Part shown: positions 26,210-32,000 of the stretch, one piece after another | Numbering within the stretch: position 1 is the stretch's first letter | Layout: the number at the start of each line of letters is the position of its first letter | NCBI GenBank assembly: GCA_021498095.1 | Contig: JAIZWK010000001.1 | Span: 4,020,001 to 4,052,000, forward strand | DNA: 32,000 bases | Origin: Candidatus Harpocratesius repetitus | GTDB taxonomy: Archaea; Asgardarchaeota; Lokiarchaeia; Sigyniarchaeales; Promethearchaeaceae | Direction: 5' to 3' | Translations under genes and position numbers: made by a program | The notes under the pieces: model-generated | What the model was told of the DNA's origin: nothing | The model's input: the letters and a program-made list of their open reading frames with translations, nothing else | The model's database searches: none

Positions 26210-27613
26210 ATGTTATTTACAGATATGAATATCGATTCTCGAATAATTAAAGCGTTGGAAGAGAATAATATAGCTTCCCCCACTGAAATTCAAGAACAAT
26301 GCATTCCTTACGGTCTATCTAAGCAAAAGTCACATGTCATTGGCCAAGCGAAAACTGGTTCCGGAAAAACATTAGCTTTTGCAATACCAATAATTGAAAA
26401 AATAAATCCTAAAAATCACCACATTCAGGCAGTTGTTATTGTTCCGACTCGTGAATTATGTAAACAGAACGCTTCTGTATTCCGATCGATTACTATATAT
26501 AAAAAAGTAAAAATTGTCGAAGTTTATGGTGGCGCTTCGATTCGTGTTCAAATAGAGCAAATCCATAAAGGAGGGCAAATATTAATTGCAACTCCAGGAA
26601 GATTAATTGATTTAATAAAACGCGGAGAGATAAATTTCAGACAGGTAAAATTTGTAGCTTTAGATGAAGCAGACCGCATGTTGGACATGGGTTTTCTTCC
26701 AGATATTGAATTCATCCTTTTCAAAACTATGAAAAATATATCACCCCGTTTATTCCTATTTTCTGCAACTTTATTGGCTGAAATCAAAAATATCATCGGG
26801 AAATTCACAAAAAACGATATTGTACATGAAATTGATGTTAGTAAAGATTCCCTAACTGTAGAAAATTGTGATCAATATGCATATAATATTGAAAATAATA
26901 AATTTTGGAATTTTATTAGAATATTAAATGAAGAACGCCCTGATTTTTCAATAATCTTCACGAAAACCAAGCGAAATGCTGAAAAAATATCACAGAGACT
27001 AAGTCAAGAGCGGAATTTGAATTTTGGATTAAAAGTAGGATTTGTTCATGGTGATTTATCTCAAGCAAAGCGAGAAAAAACAGTGTCTATGTTCCGAAAA
27101 AGAGAATTAAATTGTTTAGTTGCCACCAACGTTTTAGCGCGTGGTTTAGATTTTCCTAAAGTATCTCATGTTTTTAATTATGACATTCCTCGTGATCCTG
27201 AAGATTACGTTCATAGAATTGGTCGAACTGCTAGAATAACTGGAGTTGAGAGAAATGTTACAACTGGTAAAGCAATTTCACTTGTATCTTCAGATAATCG
27301 AATGTATTTAAAGAATATTGAAAAATTTTTGAAAAGAAAGATTGAAAAACGACAAATACCAAATGTACCTAAAAAAGTTTTAAAAGAAAAAAAAAGAAAT
27401 AATTTTCACTCCCAAATCGAACCAAGAATGATTAAGAAATCTTTAAATCAAAAAAGGAAGAAATATTCTTCACAAAATACTTCAAAATCATCAACAACAT
27501 ACAGAAAAGGTTTATCTTTGCAAAAGAATTCAAAAAAAAATCATTCTGTTAGAAAAAGAGGAAAATCGAAAAATTACTCTTCAAAAAATCATAAAATCAT
27601 TTCAACTCATTAA
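26210..27613 (+). CDS. DEAD-box RNA helicase (DeaD/CshA-like) with basic C-terminal tail
   Basis: Q motif TEIQ, AKTGSGKT, PTREL, TPGR, DEAD, SAT, ARGLD, YVHRIGRTAR. Confidence 0.95.
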   Translation: MLFTDMNIDSRIIKALEENNIASPTEIQEQCIPYGLSKQKSHVIGQAKTGSGKTLAFAIPIIEKINPKNHHIQAVVIVPTRELCKQNASVFRSITIYKKVKIVEVYGGASIRVQIEQIHKGGQILIATPGRLIDLIKRGEINFRQVKFVALDEADRMLDMGFLPDIEFILFKTMKNISPRLFLFSATLLAEIKNIIGKFTKNDIVHEIDVSKDSLTVENCDQYAYNIENNKFWNFIRILNEERPDFSIIFTKTKRNAEKISQRLSQERNLNFGLKVGFVHGDLSQAKREKTVSMFRKRELNCLVATNVLARGLDFPKVSHVFNYDIPRDPEDYVHRIGRTARITGVERNVTTGKAISLVSSDNRMYLKNIEKFLKRKIEKRQIPNVPKKVLKEKKRNNFHSQIEPRMIKKSLNQKRKKYSSQNTSKSSTTYRKGLSLQKNSKKNHSVRKRGKSKNYSSKNHKIISTH

Positions 27614-27796
27614 AATTAATTTTTTTTCAAATTATGATCGATAATATTCATTTTAACCCATACTTATGATCAAAATAGAATTTATTTGCATAAAAATTAA
27701 ATATAATCTGCTTTTTGTTGATTTGAATAATCATTCTATTAAATTCTAATAGAAATTTATTCTATTATTATATTTTTGAAAAATTAAAAAAAGGAT

Positions 27797-28309
27797 ATGA
27801 AAATCATGCCAAGCTTTGCAGAAACATATGAGGCCATAAAATCTGATATATCAAAAGGTGAAAAGAACTTTAATGTTGAATGCACCATGCTCCCTAAAGG
27901 TGCACAAGTTGAAATTAAAATGGATACAAAACCATTTGTCTTTTTAATAGATGCACCAGTAGGATTGGACGGAACCAACGAAGGACCAAGTCCTCTACTA
28001 GCAATTTTAGGTAGTGTTGGTGCTTGTATTATAGCTGTAACTAAATTTTGGTCTAAAATTATGGATATTCCTATTGAAGAGATGAAAGTATTCAGTCGTG
28101 GTCATATTAATTTAGCGGGTATTTTTGGTATTGATGATAATATACCACCTGGTTACGATAAGTTAGAACCTGTAATTCGAATTAAATCACCTGCACCAAA
28201 AGAAAAAGTAGAAGAAATGATGGAAAAAGTATTTTCTCACTGCCCGATTATTTACAACATGGCAGGAAACTCTCCTCTTAAACCAAAACTGAAAATAACT
28301 CAAACATAA
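27797..28309 (+). CDS. OsmC/Ohr-family protein
   Basis: DAPVGLDGTNEGPSP...GACI...HCPI, with two conserved Cys. Confidence 0.88.
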   Translation: MKIMPSFAETYEAIKSDISKGEKNFNVECTMLPKGAQVEIKMDTKPFVFLIDAPVGLDGTNEGPSPLLAILGSVGACIIAVTKFWSKIMDIPIEEMKVFSRGHINLAGIFGIDDNIPPGYDKLEPVIRIKSPAPKEKVEEMMEKVFSHCPIIYNMAGNSPLKPKLKITQT

Positions 28310-28474
28310 AAATTTGAGAAATAATTCTTTAGAAAATTTATTTTTTCCTTTTTTCCGAGTTTGATTAAAGGAAATCCCTATATCTTTTATTGAAAACAAA
28401 TTTAGGCATGATTATTTTTATTTCATATAGAAACTTAAAAATTTTAAGAGTGAGCAAGATTCTGGTGGAATCAA

Positions 28475-30541
28475 ATGGAAAATTTTGAAGAACGATACAA
28501 CGAACTTCAGCACTTATCCAAAGTGAATTATTTAAAAGCTGAAGAAGAGATCCAAAAGTATCTTCGAAATGAACTCACTCAAATTCAAAAATTAAAGCTT
28601 GAGATAGAATTAGCTAATTGTTTCTGGTTAAATTCGAAATTAGATGAAGCAGAAAAACTTTTTTCTGAAATTCTTGAAACTAGTCAAAATCTAAATTTAA
28701 AAAAAGAAAATGCTGAAGCATTAGTAGGTTTAGGTACACTTGATAAAGATAGTGGAAATTTTGATTCTGCAGTTCAACGATTAGAACAAGCAATTGCAAT
28801 ATTTAGATCATTAAATGATAAATCCAAAGAGGCATTCGCTTTGAATAGATTAGCAATAATTCGATATTCTCAAGGATTACTAGATGAAGCAAAAAGATTA
28901 TTTAAACGAGTACTTAAATTAGCAGAAAAATCCGATGAAACAATTGCGTTAAATGCTCTAAACAATATTGCAATCATTGAAGAAGATAGAGGCAATATTG
29001 AAGAATCGGTAGAAATCTATAAATATTGCACAGAACGGGCAACTGAAATCGAATTTCTTAGGGGTATTTTGATTTTTGGAAATAATTATGCAGGGTCTTT
29101 AAGATTAATTGGTGAATATTCACAAGCAAAGAAAATTTATGAAAGAACCTTAAAGTTTGCAGAAAAAATGGGAGATATTCGAAATATTGCATTAACTTGT
29201 GAAAAATATGCTACTTTGTGTATTGATACAGGAGATTTTTCAAAAGCAGAGTATCTTTTTGAACAATCAAAAGTGTTTTATGAAGAAATTGATGATAAAT
29301 TTTCTCATATTAATATGCTTGAAAACTATGCAAAATTATGGTTAAGAACAGGAAAAATAAAAAAAGCAAAAGAATTGCTAAACCAAGCACAGAATTTAAT
29401 GTTCTTTTCTGGAATAAATCTTCCAGAGACAAATATTCTCACAATGTTAGCTGAAATTTATCATAGGGAAAAAAATAACAGTGAAGCATATAAAATATTA
29501 AAGAAAGCAAATGAAATTGCTTGGAAATTAAAGTCAGATATTGCTCGTGCTAAAGTTTTACTTGAACGTGCAAGAATAAATGTATCACAGTATGATTTAT
29601 GGGAAGCAGAATTTCTCATCAAAGAAGCATATAAACTTACAAAAAAATCAAAACATATCGAATTACGATTTCAAACGCTTATTTTTTTAGCAGAAGTGGG
29701 GTTACTTCGATATAAAGAAGATAATAATGATGATGCAAGTTATTCAGATGCAATTAAATATATTAATCAAGCGAGAAATTTGGCCTTAGAGAAAGGGTTA
29801 ATGCCGTTTTATATTAATGCAAGTATTGTTCATGCTATGCTTTATACTGTTAAATTTCAATTTGATAAAGCAGAATCTCTTCTTTCTGAATCAATGCAAT
29901 TAGCAGAATCACGAGGATTGGCAATACAAGCACAACGTGCTAGAGAAAGATTAAATTTTATTTTAAATAATGTTCAGAATCTTCAAAAAGAAGAATTATC
30001 AGATAAAATTCTATTTAGCATTACTCTCGAAGAAATCCAGCAAATAATCTCTCAATATACAGAACCTTCTATAATGGAAGAAGATCGAAACAAAATTTTC
30101 ATTGTCTCCTACAAAATAGATGATAATCTTGGACCTTTGATTCATGCTGTAGATAATATCGATATTACAGACCAGCGTTACACTCAACAGATAAAATTGG
30201 TTGGAAGTCTATATCCAGTAAGTTTAGGTCATGGAAGAGAGTATCATACTGGATTATTTGGCCCATATCCATTTGGAACTTCAAATTTAAAAGCATTGGT
30301 GTATAGTTTGACATTATTCGATCATACTCAGAAAAAAACCCGAAACAAAGGTATTACATTTTTCTTAATTTGCATTATTTATCCTGATGAAATCAGCCCT
30401 ATTTTTTATGATCAACAGAAATTAGAATCACTGATCGAAATGCAATTAAAAACTATACGTGAAGTTGATGAAATAACACCTATATTTCTATCTAACTTAA
30501 GACAATTAATTATTCAAGAATTGATGCGCGATTTTGGTTAA
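28475..30541 (+). CDS. TPR-repeat protein with a C-terminal uDENN/longin-like domain
   Basis: Multiple TPR-like units (AEALVGLG, ALNRLAII, ALNNIAII, GNNYAG) over aa ~20-500. C-terminal IFIVSYKIDDNLGP...GLFGPYPF...LICIIYP. Confidence 0.8.
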   Translation: MENFEERYNELQHLSKVNYLKAEEEIQKYLRNELTQIQKLKLEIELANCFWLNSKLDEAEKLFSEILETSQNLNLKKENAEALVGLGTLDKDSGNFDSAVQRLEQAIAIFRSLNDKSKEAFALNRLAIIRYSQGLLDEAKRLFKRVLKLAEKSDETIALNALNNIAIIEEDRGNIEESVEIYKYCTERATEIEFLRGILIFGNNYAGSLRLIGEYSQAKKIYERTLKFAEKMGDIRNIALTCEKYATLCIDTGDFSKAEYLFEQSKVFYEEIDDKFSHINMLENYAKLWLRTGKIKKAKELLNQAQNLMFFSGINLPETNILTMLAEIYHREKNNSEAYKILKKANEIAWKLKSDIARAKVLLERARINVSQYDLWEAEFLIKEAYKLTKKSKHIELRFQTLIFLAEVGLLRYKEDNNDDASYSDAIKYINQARNLALEKGLMPFYINASIVHAMLYTVKFQFDKAESLLSESMQLAESRGLAIQAQRARERLNFILNNVQNLQKEELSDKILFSITLEEIQQIISQYTEPSIMEEDRNKIFIVSYKIDDNLGPLIHAVDNIDITDQRYTQQIKLVGSLYPVSLGHGREYHTGLFGPYPFGTSNLKALVYSLTLFDHTQKKTRNKGITFFLICIIYPDEISPIFYDQQKLESLIEMQLKTIREVDEITPIFLSNLRQLIIQELMRDFG

Positions 30542-30619
30542 TACAAATATCTGTATACGGAGAAGATCCCTCTTATTCTTTTATAAGCAAATTGATGATA
30601 TAATAATTATAGGTGCATA

Positions 30620-32000
30620 ATGAAGCGAAAATTGATTTTAAATGTTCTTCTTTTTATAACATTCATTCTTTCTTTTCTGATAATGGAAAATACAATCAAT
30701 CTTGCATCAGCGAGTAGCCACTCTGATTTTGGAAAAGAACAAGCAGATAAAGCGAGATCTATCAATACAGATATTACAGAAGATCTTTTAAAAATTGAAA
30801 GCGAACAAAATTCAAATGGAAAAAATGATAATTTTGAGTTTAAAATTTCTCTTAATCAAAATGAAGGAATGGAAATCAAATTAGAATATCGAGCTAATGC
30901 ACTACTCCCTAAAATATCTAGTGAATTCAAAATTCAATTCGATTCCTTAATAGAATTCAACGATACAAATAAAGATGGAAAGTATGATATTTATAATGAT
31001 CAAATAATTCAACAAATTTCACTTCAAGGTATTCATGTAATTAATCAATCAATAATAGAACAAGGAAATATCTCTCTTTATACCTTTCAATTAGAAGATA
31101 CTTCAAAAATCTTTCAACCTACTGTAATAATATCCAGCGATGCATTGATTTCCCAAAATATGGTAATATTACCAAACCAACTAAAAATCGATTTGAATTT
31201 TGTCAATTTTCCTTTTATTTCAGAAAACGGTTTGCTGGCTCTACAAATTTCGATAGAAAATACATATAATATCGTAGAACAGGAAATCACTGAAGATGAA
31301 AGTCAAAATGTTTCAACTAATGAAGAAGGAATCAAATCAGTTCAAGCGGATTATCCATCATATTTTACATGGACAAATGATATATCCGTAGATGGAAAGC
31401 AAAATGAAATGAAATCGTCCATTTTTTATCCAGATGAAGATGAATTCACAGAATATCAATTATTCTTTGCCTATCCGAAAGGAAATTCCATAAATCATGA
31501 TCCAAAGATTGGAGTAGAAAATACTTTTTTCCCAAGTTCAGGAACTGATTTGGATAGAAATTCAATCCCAATATGGATATGGATAGTTTTGATTACAGGA
31601 TTGGTCAGTACTGTTCTCTTTATTTTATATATGAGTGTTCCCGAATTTCGACAATATTTACTAAATCGCTATCTTCCCATGCATACAGCCCCACATCGAT
31701 TAACAATGGAAGAAGTTCTGGAAAATGAAATCAGAATGAACTTAATCACCTTGATTCTTGAACGCCCTGGTATTCATTACAGTGAATTACTCCGTGAAAT
31801 TGATACTTCACCTTCAAATTTAGCTTGGCATTTAGATATCTTAGAAACATATAAAATTATTCAAAAACAGCGTTTGGGAAAATTTTTAATATTCTATCCT
31901 TATTTAGACAAAAATCCATTCGCTAATTTAGATCCTACAATTGCAAAATCCAAAACTACTCTTGAAATCCTTAAAATCATTGGAGAAAATCCGGGGATTT
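30620..32000 (+). CDS. Signal peptide + extracellular domain + single TM + cytoplasmic double-wHTH regulator (partial, runs off the window end)
   Basis: Manual translation is open from ATG 30620 to 32000: MKRKLILNVLLFITFILSFLI signal, DTNKDGKYD loop, YPKGNSINHDPKIGV, TM IPIWIWIVLITGLVSTVLFILYM, then LENEIRMNLITLILERPGIHYSELLREIDTSPSNLAWHLDILE and the start of a second unit (EILKIIGENPGI). Not in the ORF track. Confidence 0.85.
   Translation, partial: MKRKLILNVLLFITFILSFLIMENTINLASASSHSDFGKEQADKARSINTDITEDLLKIESEQNSNGKNDNFEFKISLNQNEGMEIKLEYRANALLPKISSEFKIQFDSLIEFNDTNKDGKYDIYNDQIIQQISLQGIHVINQSIIEQGNISLYTFQLEDTSKIFQPTVIISSDALISQNMVILPNQLKIDLNFVNFPFISENGLLALQISIENTYNIVEQEITEDESQNVSTNEEGIKSVQADYPSYFTWTNDISVDGKQNEMKSSIFYPDEDEFTEYQLFFAYPKGNSINHDPKIGVENTFFPSSGTDLDRNSIPIWIWIVLITGLVSTVLFILYMSVPEFRQYLLNRYLPMHTAPHRLTMEEVLENEIRMNLITLILERPGIHYSELLREIDTSPSNLAWHLDILETYKIIQKQRLGKFLIFYPYLDKNPFANLDPTIAKSKTTLEILKIIGENPGI

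Noticed and set aside
23728-28399. Short minus-strand ORFs 23728-23922, 23903-24100, 26548-26808, 27784-27978 and 28187-28399
   Set aside because: Antisense to the exonuclease, helicase and OsmC genes.

Overview
AT-rich archaeal window with no rRNA, tRNA or CRISPR array. It is most likely from an Asgard archaeon (Lokiarchaeia-like). This is inferred from an Arf-like GTPase, several longin/uDENN-like domains, an LRR protein, and TATA boxes about 24 bp upstream of start codons. Core genes are: partial GTP-dependent PEPCK; a longin-like/Arf-like GTPase fusion; a 54-aa ferredoxin missing from the ORF track; an hsp20-hsp20-grpE cluster divergent from an Lrp/AsnC regulator with an acidic tail; two paralogous GPH/MelB-type MFS transporters; a CbiMNQO Co/Ni ECF transporter; an E2-type acyltransferase domain; two alpha/beta hydrolases; a CMD/AhpD protein; a YprB-like exonuclease; Smr, DEAD-box and OsmC proteins. 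A decaying accessory island (about 6400-11200) holds an internally duplicated LRR gene, an orphan ORF of about 646 aa broken at three A-runs (one a canonical A-AAA-AAC -1 slippery site), a truncated IS607 tnpA apparently inserted at a G7 run in another transposase remnant, and a solitary CRISPR-repeat-like hairpin. The most unusual intact architectures are a longin-HisKA-receiver protein with no ATPase domain and tandem 23-bp upstream repeats, a TPR-uDENN-like protein, a membrane-tethered wHTH regulator and a stand-alone degenerate ThrRS editing domain. All family assignments come from motif recognition by eye; no database searches were run.
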